Below, piece by piece: positions 43,901 to 56,700 of a stretch of 64,000 nucleotides of DNA. Position numbers and translations under genes: made by a program. How positions within the stretch are numbered: position 1 is the first letter of the stretch; the number at the start of each line of letters is the position of its first letter. The notes below the pieces were generated by a model. It was given only the letters and a program-made list of their open reading frames with translations, had not been told where the DNA came from and did not search any database. Source of the DNA: Octopus vulgaris (lineage: Eukaryota); assembly GCA_951406725.2 (NCBI GenBank), contig CATOCA020000001.1, positions 11,718,001 to 11,782,000 on the forward strand, in the 5' to 3' direction.

Positions 43901-46900
43901 GAAAGACAATTTAAGAAGCATTTATAAAACTTTTTCCCGGATCTGGTCAGACTTCTTCCACGAATGAGAAACCAAGTGAAGAAGCGTCTATAAAACGTAT
44001 TGGTGGTCTGGCATCGTGCTAGAAATAACAGCCCACTACACTCAAAGTTGCTTTGTTTTTCATACGAAATTGAAAGACAATTTAAGAAACATTTATAAAA
44101 CTTTTTCCCGGATCTGGTCAGACTTCTTCCGCGAATGAGAAACCAAGTGAAGAAGCGTCTATAAAACGTATTGGTGGTCTCTTATCTTGCTAGAAATAAC
44201 CGCCCACTACACTCAAAGTTGCTTTGTTTTTCATACGAAATTGAAAGACAATTTAAGAAGCATTTATAAAACTTTTTCCCGGATCTGGTCAGACTTCTTT
44301 TACGAATGAGAAACCAAGTGAAGAAGCGTCTATAAAACGTATTGGTGGTCTGGCATCGTGCTAGAAATAACAGCCCACTACACTCAAAGTTGCTTTGTTT
44401 TTCATACGAAATTGAAAGACAATTTAAGAAACATTTATAAAACGTTTTCCCGGATCTGGTCAGACTTCTTCCGCGAATGAGAAACCAAGTGAAGAAGCGT
44501 CTATAAAACGTATTGGTGGTCTGGCATCTTGCTAGAAATAACCGCTCACTACACTCAAAGTTGCTTTGTTTTTCATACGAAATTGAAAGACAATTTAAGA
44601 AGCATTTATAAAACTTTTTCCCGGATCTGGTCAGACTTCTTCCGCGAATGAGAAACCAAGTGAAGAAGCGTCTATAAAACGTATTGGTGGTCTGGCATCG
44701 TGCTAGAAATAACCGCCCACTACACTCAAAGTTGCTTTGTTTTTCATACGAAATTGAAAGACAATTTAAGAAGCATTTATAAAACTTTTTCCCGGATCTG
44801 ATCAGACTTCTTCCTCGGAGGAGAAACCAAGTGAAGAAGCGTCTATAAAACGTATTGGTGGTCTGGCATCATGCTAGAAATAACTGACCACTACACTCAA
44901 AGTTGCTTTGTTTTTCATACGAAATTGAAAGACAATTTAAGAAACATTTATAAAACTTTTTCCCGGATCTGGTCAGACGTCTTCCGCGAATGAGAAACCA
45001 AGTGAAGAAGCCTCTATAAAACGTATTGGTGGTCTGGCATCGTGCTAGAAATAACCGCCCACTACACTCAAAGTTGCTTTGTTTTTCATACGAATTTGAA
45101 AGACAATTTAAGAAGCATTTATAAAACTTTTTCCCGGATCTGGTCAGACTTCTTCCGCGAATGAGAAACCAAGTGAAGAAGCGTCTATAAAACGTATTGG
45201 TGGTCTGGCATCGTGCTAGAAATAACAGCCCACTACACTCAAAGTTGCTTTGTTTTTCATACGAAATTGAAAGACAATTTAAGAAACATTTATAAAACTT
45301 TTTCCCGGATCTGGTCAGACTTCTTCCGCGAATGAGAAACCAAGTGAAGAAGCGTCTATAAAATGTATTGGTGGTCTGGCATCGTGCTAGAAATAACCGC
45401 CCACTACACTCAAAGTTGCTTTGTTTTTCATACGAAATTGAAAGACAATTTAAGAAGCATTTATAAAACTTTTTCCCGGATCTGGTCAGACTTCTTCCAC
45501 GAATGAGAAACCAAGTGAAGAAGCGTCTATAAAACGTATTGGTGGTCTGGCATCGTGCTAGAAATAACAGCCCACTACACTCAAAGTTGCTTTGTTTTTC
45601 ATACGAAATTGAAAGACAATTTAAGAAACATTTATAAAACTTTTTCCCGGATCTGGTCAGACTTCTTCCGCGAATGAGAAACCAAGTGAAGAAGCGTCTA
45701 TAAAACGTATTGGTGGTCTCTTATCTTGCTAGAAATAACCGCCCACTACACTCAAAGTTGCTTTGTTTTTCATACGAAATTGAAAGACAATTTAAGAAGC
45801 ATTTATAAAACTTTTTCCCGGATCTGGTCAGACTTCTTTACGAATGAGAAACCAAGTGAAGAAGCGTCTATAAAACGTATTGGTGGTCTGGCATCGTGCT
45901 AGAAATAACAGCCCACTACACTCAAAGTTGCTTTGTTTTTCATACGAAATTGAAAGACAATTTAAGAAACATTTATAAAACTTTTTCCCGGATCTGGTCA
46001 GACTTCTTCCGCGAATGAGAAACCAAGTGAAGAAGCCTCTATAAAACGTATTGGTGGTCTCTTATCTTGCTAGAAATAACCGCCCACTACACTCAAAGTT
46101 GCTTTGTTTTTCATACGAAATTGAAAGACAATTTAAGAAGCATTTATAAAACTTTTTCCCGGATCTGGTCAGACTTTTTCCTCGAAGGAGAAACCAAGTG
46201 AAGAAGCGTCTATAAAACGTATTGGTGGTCTGGCATCTTGCTAGAAATAACCGCCCACTACACTCAAAGTTGCTTTGTTTTTCATACGAAATTGAAAGAC
46301 AATTTAAGAAACATTTATAAAACTTTTTCTCGGATCTGGTCAGACTTCTTCCGCGAATGAGAAACCAAGTGAAGAAGCCTCTATAAAACGTATTGGTGGT
46401 CTCTTATCTTGCTAGAAATAACCGCCCACTACACTCAAAGTTGCTTTGTTTTTAATACGAAATTGAAAGACAATTTAAGAAGCATTTATAAAACTTTTTC
46501 CCGGATCTGGTCAGACTTCTTCCACGAATGAGAAACCAAGTGAAGAAGCGTCTATAAAACGTATTGGTGGTCTGGCATCGTGCTAGAAATAACAGCCCAC
46601 TACACTCAAAGTTGCTTTGTTTTTCATACGAAATTGAAAGACAATTTAAGAAACATTTATAAAACTTTTTCCCGGATCTGGTCAGACTTCTTCCGCGAAT
46701 GAGAAACCAAGTGAAGAAGCCTCTATAAAACGTATTGGTGGTCTCTTATCTTGCTAGAAATAACCGCCCACTACACTCAAAGTTGCTTTGTTTTTCATAC
46801 GAAATTGAAAGACAATTTAAGAAGCATTTATAAAACTTTTTCCCGGATCTGGTCAGACTTCTTCCACGAATGAGAAACCAAGTGAAGAAGCGTCTATAAA

Positions 46901-49513
46901 ACGTATTGGTGGTCTGGCATCGTGCTAGAAATAACAGCCCACTACACTCAAAGTTGCTTTGTTTTTCATACGAAATTGAAAGACAATTTAAGAAACATTT
47001 ATAAAACTTTTTCCCGGATCTGATCAGACTTCTTCCTCGAAGGAGAAACCAAGTGAAGAAGCGTCTATAAAACGTATTGGTGGTCTCTTATCTGGCTAGA
47101 AATAACCGCCCACTACACTCAAAGTTGCTTTGTTTTTCATACGAAATTGAAAGACAATTTAAGAAGCATTTATAAAACTTTTTCCCGGATCTGATCAGAC
47201 TTCTTCCGCGAAGGAGAAACCAAGTGAAGAAGCGTCTATAGAACGTATTGGTGGTCTCTTATCTTGATAGAAATAACCGCCCACTACACTCAAAGTTGCT
47301 TTGTTTTTCATACGAATTTGAAAGACAATTTAAGAAGCATTTATAAAACTTTTTCCCGGATCTGGTCAGACTTTTTCCTCGAAGGAGAAACCAAGTGAAG
47401 AAGCGTCTATAAAACGTATTGGTGGTCTGGCATCGTGCTAGAAATAACCGCCCACTACACTCAAAGTTGCTTTGTTTTTCATACGAAATTGAAAGACAAT
47501 TTAAGAAACATTTATAAAACTTTTTCTCGGATCTGGTCAGACTTCTTCCGCGAATGAGAAACCAAGTGAAGAAGCGTCTATAAAACGTATTGGTGGTCTG
47601 GCATCGTGCTAGAAATAACAGCCCACTACACTCAAAGTTGCTTTGTTTTTCATACGAAATTGAAAGACAATTTAAGAAACATTTATAAAACTTTTTCCCG
47701 GATTTGGTCAGACTTCTTCCGCGAATGAGAAACCAAGTGAAGAAGCGTCTATAAAACGTATTGGTGGTCTCTTATCTTGCTAGAAATAACAGCCCACTAC
47801 ACTCAAAGTTGCTTTGTTTTTCATACGAAATTGAAAGACAATTTAAGAAGCATTTATAAAACTTTTTCCCGGATCTGGTCAGACTTCTTCCACGAATGAG
47901 AAACCAAGTGAAGAAGCGTCTATAAAACGTATTGGTGGTCTGGCATCGTGCTAGAAATAACAGCCCACTACACTCAAAGTTGCTTTGTTTTTCATACGAA
48001 ATTGAAAGACATTTTAAGAAACATTTATAAAACTTTTTCCCGGATCTGTTCAGACTTCTTCCGCGAATGAGAAACCAAGTGAAGAAGCGTCTATAAAACG
48101 TATTGGTGGTCTGGCATCGTGCTAGAAATAACCGCCCACTACACTCAAAGTTGCTTTGTTTTTCATACGAAATTGAAAGACAATTTAAGAAGCATTTATA
48201 AAACTTTTTCCCGGATCTGATCAGACTTCTTCCTCGAAGGAGAAACGAAGTGAAGAAGCGTCTATAAAACGTATTGGTGGTCTCTTATCTGGCTAGAAAT
48301 AACCGCCCACTACACTCAAAGTTGCTTTGTTTTTCATACGAAATTGAAAGACAATTTAAGAAGCATTTATAAAACTTTTTCCCGGATCTGATCAGACTTC
48401 TTCCTCGAAGGAGAAACCAAGTGAAGAAGCGTCTATAGAACGTATTGGTGGTCTCTTATCTTGCTAGAAAGAACCGCCCACTACACTCAAAGTTGCTTTG
48501 TTTTTCATACGAATTTGAAAGACAATTTAAGAAGCATTTATAAAACTTTTTCCCGGATCTGGTCAGACTTCTTCCGCGAATGAGAAACCAAGTGAAGAAG
48601 CGTCTATAAAACGTATTGGTGGTCTGGCATCGTGCTAGAAATAACAGCCCACTACACTCAAAGTTGCTTTGTTTTTCATACGAAATTGAAAGACAATTTA
48701 AGAAACATTTATAAAACTTTTTCCCGGATCTGGTCAGACTTCTTCCGCGAATGAGAAACCAAGTGAAGAAGCGTCTATAAAACGTATTGGTGGTCTGGCA
48801 TCGTGCTAGAAATAACAGCCCACTACACTCAAAGTTGCTTTGTTTTTCATACGAAATTGAAAGACAATTTAAGAAACATTTATAAAACTTTTTCCCGGAT
48901 CTGTTCAGACTTCTTCCGCGAATGAGAAACCAAGTGAAGAAGCGTCTATAAAACGTATTGGTGGTCTGGCATCGTGCTAGAAATAACCGCCCACTACACT
49001 CAAAGTTGCTTTGTTTTTCATACGAAATTGAAAGACAATTTAAGAAGCATTTATAAAACTTTTTCCCGGATCTGGTCAGACTTCTTCCGCGAATGAGAAA
49101 CCAAGTGAAGAAGCGTCTATAAAACGTATTGGTGGTCTCTTATCTTGCTAGAAATAACCGCCCACTACTCTCAAAGTTGCTTTGTTTTTCATACGAAATT
49201 GAAAGACAATTTAAGAAGCATTTATAAAACTTTTTCTCGGATCTGGTCAGACTTCTTCCACGAATGAGAAACCAAGTGAAGAAGCGTCTATAAAACGTAT
49301 TGGTGGTCTGGCATCGTGCTAGAAATAACCGCCCACTACACTCAAAGTTGCTTTGTTTTTCATACGAAATTGAAAGACAATTTAAGAAGCATTTATAAAA
49401 CTTTTTCCCGGATCTGGTCAGACTTCTTCCACGAATGAGAAACCAAGTGAAGAAGCGTCTATAAAACGTATTGGTGGTCTGCTATCTTGCTAGAAATAAC
49501 AGCCCACCACACT
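40992..49513. repeat. Tandem satellite array, 171-bp monomer, ~50 copies, highly homogeneous
   Basis: AAGAAGCATT recurs at 41691, 41862 and 42033 (period 171); variation is confined to a few columns. Confidence 0.97.
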
Positions 49514-49659
49514 ATACTTTATATCGTTTTTATGAAGGTCACTTTAAGGAGCTTCTAAGGAAATTTAGTCCAATTGGGGATCAAATATGATGCTAGAAAT
49601 AACAGCCAAGTATGTTAAAGTTTGGTTTTGTGTTTCATATAAAAATGAAGGACACTTCG

Positions 49660-50910
49660 AAACTCTTCTCTCTCCTTCCTCATTCCGTATTAATACCTCT
49701 TCCTTCCCCTCTTCCTTTCTCTAATACATGATAGACTCCCTCTCTTATCACACACATCATTCCCTCTCCTTCTCTACTCCTCTCCCTCTCCCTCTGTCAC
49801 TTATTTATGTTATTGTTTAACCCCGCCTCCCTCATCCCTCGTTTTCTCTCAACTCTTACTCTCCCTCCCTCTCATACATCATCTCTGTTTCCTTCCCCCT
49901 CCCTCACTTTTTGTCTCTCTCCCTCCCTCTTTACCACATACTCTCCCTCTACCTCTTTTGCGCTCCGCCCCACGTCACACTCTCCCTCTCTTTCTAAACC
50001 TATGTATCATTCTCTCTCTCCCTCCACCTCCTAATATAATATTCTCTCATTCTCTTACCTCATTCTTTCCCTCCCTCTCTCCTCCATTTCCATCTCCCTC
50101 TCTTTCTCTATGTCTGACTTTCTCTCTCTCTCTTTGCTCTCTCGATTTCTCTATTTCAGTCTCTCTCTTTCGCCCTCTCGCTTCTTATGTCTCTCTCTGT
50201 CTCCGTGTCTCTGTTTGTCTGTCTCTCTCTTTCTCCCTCTCTCCCTTTCCCTCTCTCTATTACCTTATTATATATTAATGCTCCGCCTTTTTACTCTTTG
50301 TCTCTCATCTCATACTCCTCCTCTCTTCTTAACATTTATTACACTAATCCCTCCTCCTTCCTCCCCCTCTCTCTCTTTCTTCTCATCATTTTTTTACAGA
50401 CTTACGTCGCCTTCCTCTCTATCTCTCTCTCATTCATTCTTTCTTTTTTGTTTCCCCTTAATTTCTTTCTGTTTTCTTTCTTTCATTTTCCTTTCTTTCT
50501 TCCTTTCTTTTTTCTTTCCTTTTCCTTTCTTTCTTTCTTCCTTTCTTTTTTCTTTCCTTTTCCTTTTTTTCTTTCTTTCTTTCCTTTTCATTTTTTCTTT
50601 CTTTCTTTCTATCATCCTTTCTTTCTTTCCTATTCCTCTCTTCCTTTCTTTCTTTCTTTCTTTCAATTTCCTTTCTTTCTTTCTTCCTTTCTTTTTTCTT
50701 TCCTTTTCCTTTCTTTCTTTCCTTTTCATTTTTTTCTTTTTTTCTATCATCCTTTCTTTCTTTCCTATTCCTCTCTTCCTTTCTTTCTTCCTTTCTTTCT
50801 TTCTTTCTTTCTTTCTTTCAATTTCCTTTCTTTCTTTCTTTTTCTTTCTGTCTTTTTTCTTTCTTTCTTTTTTCTTTCTTTCTCTTTATTTCTTTCTTTC
50901 ATTCCTCTTC

Positions 50911-50946
<36 letters not shown>

Positions 50947-51971
50947 TTTCATTTATCTCCTTTTTCTTTGTTTCCTTCTTTCATTTTCGTTATTTCTTTG
51001 TTTTTCTTCCAGTTTTTCATTTCCTTCTTCTTTCCCATCCTTCTCTTTTCTTTCTTCCCTCTTATCTTTCCTTCTCCTTTGCTTCTATTCTTTTTCTTCC
51101 TTTCTTTTTTCGTCGTTGCTTCCTTTCCTTTCCTTTTCTCCTTTTTTCTCTCTCCCTCTCGCCCTGATCTTATCTTTCTCTCTTTCTTTCCTTCTTTTTT
51201 CCTTCTTTCCTCCCTTCATTCTTTCTATCTTTCCTTCTTTTTCCTTTTATCTTTCCTTCTTTTTCCTTTTATCTTTCCTTCTATTCTTCCTTCCTTTCTT
51301 TCTTTCTTTCCACTTTCCTCCTTTCTATTTTTGTTTCATTCTTTCTATATTTCCTTCTTTTCCCTTTTTATCTTTCTTTTCTTTCTACCTTTCCATCTTT
51401 CTTTTTCTTTTCTTGCTCCTTTCTTTCTCCCTTTCTTACTTTCTTTCTTAATTCCTTTCTTTCTTTCTTTCTTTCTTCCTTTCTTTCTTCCGCTCTCATT
51501 TCATGTACTATTACAGAATCACGTTACTTTTTTCCTTCCCGCCTCTCTTCTATCATTCCTCCTTTTTCTCTTTTCTTTCTTCCTCCCTCTCTCTCTCATT
51601 CTTTCATTCTTTCCTTCTTTTTACTCTCTCTCTCTCACTCTCTTTCTTTCCCTTAATCTCATTGCTTCTATCTCTCTCTCATTCTTCCTTTCTTTTTGTT
51701 TCGCTTTACTTTCTTTTTCTTTCTTTCTTTTTTGTTTCCCTTTACTTACTTTCTTTTTTCTTTCTTTCTTTTTTCTTTCTTTCTTTGTTTCTTTCTCTTC
51801 TTTTCCTTTCTTTTTTATTTCTTTATTTCTTTTTTCTTTCTTTCTTTACTCTTCTTTTCTTTCATTTTGCTTTCTTTCTTTCTTTCTCTTTTTCTGTTTT
51901 CTTTCTTACAATTTCCTTTCCTTCTTTCTTTCTTTGTTCTTTCTTTCTTTCCTTCATTTTCCTTTCTTCGT

Positions 51972-52007
<36 letters not shown>

Positions 52008-52585
52008 TTCTTTCTTTCTTTTTCCTTTCTTACCCTTTTCGTTCTTTCTTTCCCTTCTGCCTTTCTTTCTTTCTTCCTTCATCTCTCTCATTCTCTCCTT
52101 CTTTCTTTGTTTGTTTGTTTCTTTCTTTGTTTCTTTGTTTCTTTCTTTCTTTCCCTCTTTCTTTCTTTCCTTCCTTCTTCCTTTCTTTCTTTCTTCCTGC
52201 CTTCCTTCCTTCCATTCTTTCTTTCTTTTTTCTTTCTTTCTTTGTGTCCTTTTACTTTCCTTCTTCCTTCTTTCTTTCTTTCTTTCTTTCTTTCCTTTTC
52301 CTTTCCTTCTTCTTTTTTTCTGTCTTTGTTTTTTCTTTCTTTGTTTCCTTTTCCTTTCTTTCTTCTTTCCTTCTATCTTTCTTTCTTTCTTTCCTTTCTT
52401 TCTTCTTTCTTTCTTTTTTCTTCCTGTCTCTCATTTTTTTTTCTTTATTTTTTCATTCCTTCTTTTTTCTCTTTTCTTTCTTCCTTTTCTCTCTCTCTCT
52501 CTCACTCTCTTTCATTCTTTCCTTCTTTTTACTCTCTCTCCCTCACTCTCTTTCTTTCCCTTAATCTCACTGTCTCCCTCCCAAA
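49660..52585 (+). repeat. ~2.9 kb polypyrimidine (CT/CTTT/CCTT) low-complexity tract
   Basis: Direct reading; internal duplications such as 51590-51665 versus 52495-52570. Confidence 0.95.
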
Positions 52586-53156
52586 ACCATTTTGACTTTT
52601 ATAAAAGAATCTCACCTCTCTATTGTCTCGCATCATACATGAAACAGCAAGCAAACACCTTGAAATTCCTGAAGTTTTTTTGTTTTTTTTATAAAAGCAG
52701 AACACTTGAGGAAGCGTCTATCTAATATATTGTCGGATAATATGCTAAAAATTATAGTTTAGCATTTTGTATTGCTTTTCTTGAAGGATTAAAGGAGAAT
52801 TTAAGAAGCATCCGGAGGAATATTATCCAATTGGTAGTCCTACGTGATGCTAGAAATAACAGCAAGTATATCAAAGTTGTGTGTTGTCACTCATATAAAA
52901 ATTAAGGGTACTCAGAAATTCGTCTCTCTCCCACCCCAGCCGATTTTAATATATCACCCCAAATCTAAGCCGAATACCCCTAACCTCTAAGCCACTTGCC
53001 TTCACTTCAGCGACCATGCAAAATCTGTGATGATTGCAGCCAGAGTGAAACGAAAAGGTAAGAATATATATATGTATTTTAAAGAAAATATTTATATTTT
53101 AAAAGATTATTTACGTATATTTATTAATTAATTATTTTATTATTTTATTTTATTTT

Positions 53157-53260
53157 TAACCTGATGAGTGGCTATATTTATATCGAAGTGATTTTACTAC
53201 TACTATTAATTATTTTACTATAATCATTTCTTAAATATAGCCACGAAACACGTGTCGTTA
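53157..53260 (+). ncRNA. Type I hammerhead ribozyme motif (Penelope-type) with a long stem II
   Basis: Stem I TAAC/GTTA; CTGATGA 53161-53167; stem II GTGGCTATATTTA/TAAATATAGCCAC; GAAAC-ACGT-GTC; predicted cleavage after 53256. Confidence 0.8.
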
Positions 53261-53420
53261 TTCTAACAAATATATACGTCTTATTTATTATTATTTTGCA
53301 ATTTACTTAATCATCGGTATATTAATTGTTATTTTATATTTAATATTTCTATTATATGTAGTTTTCTGGTGTAATTTAATTGTTCATTTTGAATTGATAA
53401 AAGGTGTTTTTTTATCTAAT

Positions 53421-53541
<121 letters not shown>

Positions 53542-53605
53542 AGATCGTTAGCTATTACACGCATTTTTCTCTCCTTGTTTCTCTCCTTGTTTTTTTTCTG
53601 TGTAT

Positions 53606-53641
53606 CTTTCTGTGGAAGAGCGTAGACTCGAAACGTAAAAG
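53606..53641 (+). ncRNA. Degenerate minimal hammerhead-like motif
   Basis: CTTT-CTGTGGA-AGAGCGTAGACTC-GAAACGTA-AAAG; the core deviates from CUGANGA. Confidence 0.4.
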
Positions 53642-53750
53642 AGTTTTTCTATTCCTGAGCGCTATACTAATACATTTGTTTGTTTGTACACCACCTGCCT
53701 TCGCCTTTTGTTTATTTTCGTAAACTTTCCCTTTATATATATATATATAT

Positions 53751-56700
53751 TGGTTGGCATCCTTTTTGTCTCGGGAGACAATGGAGTTGCGCATAAAGTA
53801 GTCTAGTCCGGCTTTTACATTTCCTGTCCTGATACATTTCCTGCTGTAGCAGTGTAGTCCTATCCTGGACAAACACTCCCTCTCGCAGCTACCGCAAATG
53901 TAGCGAAGACTGTTCCTGGCTGGTTGTAATGCCATAGTTTCTTGTTGACGTCTTTTCTTGTCTTTCCATTTCTCCTCTCTCTCTCTGTCACTCCTTTGTA
54001 TTCCCTCTCTTACGGTACGTCGCCAGTCTCCACGGTTGTCGGCAACTGCCTCCCAACCGCTAATATTGATGTTGCAGGCCTTCATGTCCCTTTTGCAAAC
54101 ATCCTTGTAACGTAAGATCGGTCTATCCACAGACCTAGTACCCCTAGCAAGCTCTCCGTAGAGTATGTCCTTGGGGATTCTGCCATCTTTCATATGGCTA
54201 ACATGCCCAAGCCATCTCATACGTCTTTGTGTGAGGAGTGCAAACATGCTTGGTATTCCTGCTTGCCTGAGGACATCTTTGTTGGGGATATGGTTCTGCC
54301 ATTTGATGCGGAGGATTTTCCGGAGGCAGCGCAGGTGAAAGATGTTTAGGCGACGCTCTTGGCGTGTGTATAGCGTCCAAGTCTCACTTCCATACAGTAT
54401 AGTGCTAAGTACACATGCCTGGTAGATCTTCATTTTCGTGGTCTTGGTCAGCTTAATGTTGTCCCAAGCCCGTTTGGAGAGTTGGGCCATCGCAGCAGCT
54501 GCCTTGCCAATGCGTATATTGAGCTCAGCGTCAAGGGATAGGTTGTAGGTGACGGTAGAGCCCAGATAGGTAAACTTCTCCACCTCTTGTAATCTGTGGT
54601 CTCCAATATGTATGTTTGGGATGTCCGATGTAGCCTGACCCATGATGTTGGTCTTCTTAAGGCTGATAGCTAAGCCAAAGTCGTTACATGCTTGCTCAAA
54701 ACAGTTAATGAGCCTTTGGAGGGCTTCTTCTTCTGTGTGTGATACCAGAGCGGCATCATCAGCAAATAGCATCTCCTTGATCAGAACGTTTCTGATTTTG
54801 GTCTTGGCATGCAGGCGCGAGAGATTGAACAGTTTCCCGTCACTTCTACTGTGCAGAAACACTCCATCATCTGATGTCTGAAAGGCATGTGAAAGTAAGA
54901 GCGAGAAGAAGATGCCAAACAACGTAGGAGCGAGGACACAACCTTGCTTTACCCCGTTTTTTATTTGGAAGGCGGCTGATGTTGAACCGTTGTGCTGTAT
55001 GGTACCTTGCATGTCATCATGGAAAGACTTGATGATCCTCAGCAGCTTTGGTGGACATCCGATTTTTGGAGCAGGGTGAAGAGGCCTGTTCTGCTTACCA
55101 AGTCAAAGGCCTTTGTTAGATCAATGAAGGCCATATATAATGGCATTCTCTGCTCTCTGGACTTCTCCTGAAGTTGGCGTATGGAAAATATTATATCGAT
55201 AGTTGATCTGCTTCTTCTAAAGCCACACTGCGATTCCGGATAGATTCGAGAAGCAAGTAGTTGTAGCCTGGCCAGGATAACGCGGGCAAAGGTCTTTCCG
55301 ACAGTGCTTAGAAGAGATATTCCACGGTAATTGTTACAATCACCACGGTCACCTTTGTGTTTGTAAAGTGTAATGATGTTAGCATCCCGCATATCCTGAG
55401 GGACTGTACCCTCTTCCCAGCACTGACACAGAAGCTCATGAAGGTGCCGAAGCAGGATGGTGTTTTTGCCGGCTTTGATGATCTCTGAGGGGATGCCGTC
55501 TTTTCCCGGAGCCTTGTTTCTTGCTAGGGAGTCAACAGCCTTGATGAGCTCTGCTATAGATGGCGGACTGTCAAGTTCGCACATGACTGGCAAGATCTTG
55601 ACACTCTCGACTGCAGCCTCAGCCACTGTAGTCTCCCGTGAGTAGAGATCCTGGTAGTGCTCCACCCATCTATCCATTTGCTTGCTTTGATCCCTGATGA
55701 GATCTCCAGTAGTTGATTTCAGAGGGGCTGACTTGGTTGCGGATGGACCGAGGGCCTTCTTCAAACCGGCATACATCCCACGGGTGTCGCCCCTGTCAGC
55801 AGCTGACTGGATACTCTGACAGATTTCCTACCAGTACATATTTGCACAGCGTCTGGCTGTCAGTTGGATTTTATTTCGTGCCTTTCTGAGTTCTTCGAGT
55901 GACTTTGTAGAAGAGTCACTCTTGTATTGCATCAGAGCTGCACGCTTTGCTTCGATAACTGGCTCCAGCTCTGAAAGCCCAGCATTGAACCAATCTGGGT
56001 TTTGCCTTTCTCTCATGCCGAAAGTATCTATTGATGTCGTATACAAGGCTTCCCTGATATAGTTCCACCTACTTTCAGCAGAGGAGGTTGGGCAGCCACT
56101 GAGGGCAACCTTGATAGAAGCAGCAAAACATTTTCGCAGTGTAGGGTCCGAGGTTCTGGCAGTGTTAATGCGTAGTCGGCCCACTTTCTTGGAGCGATGG
56201 ACTTTTTTTAGGTAGAATCCTCACCCTACTTCTAATTAGTGAGTGGTCTGTGTCACAATCTACGCTGTGGTAACTGCGGGTCAATAGAGTAGAATTCAGA
56301 AAGGATCTCCGTGTAATGATGAGATCCAGCTGATGCCAGTGGTGAGATCTTGGATGTCTCCAAGATGCCTTGTGGGATGGCTTGTTGGTAAAGAATGTGT
56401 TTGTGATGCACAGGTTGTGGTATGTGCAGAATTCGAGTAGTCTCTGACCATTGTCATTCATGTTGCCAATACCAAAGTGCCCAACACAAATGGGCCACGA
56501 ATCATGGTCAGATCCCACGCGAGCGGTAAAATCCCCTAGAAGGTAGATATTTTCAGTCGTTGGTATATTTTCTATGACACAGTTGAGATCTTTGTAGAAC
56601 TGGTCCTTGGTCTCCTCTGAGCTGTAGAGAGTGGGAGCATAGATGCTGAGTAGATGTACTGAGCCAGAAGAAGTCGAGAGGCGCAGTGAGAGGATACGCT

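Noticed and set aside
40992-49513. Regular array considered as a possible CRISPR
   Set aside because: Whole 171-bp units repeat with no unique spacers, no cas genes, and the context is eukaryotic.
40992-49513. CENP-B box or homology to primate alpha satellite
   Set aside because: No TTCG-N4-A-N2-CGGG match found by eye on either strand; only the monomer length coincides.
50110-52725. 871-aa F/L/S-rich ORF and overlapping ORFs
   Set aside because: Artefact of a pyrimidine-only tract that cannot form stop codons.
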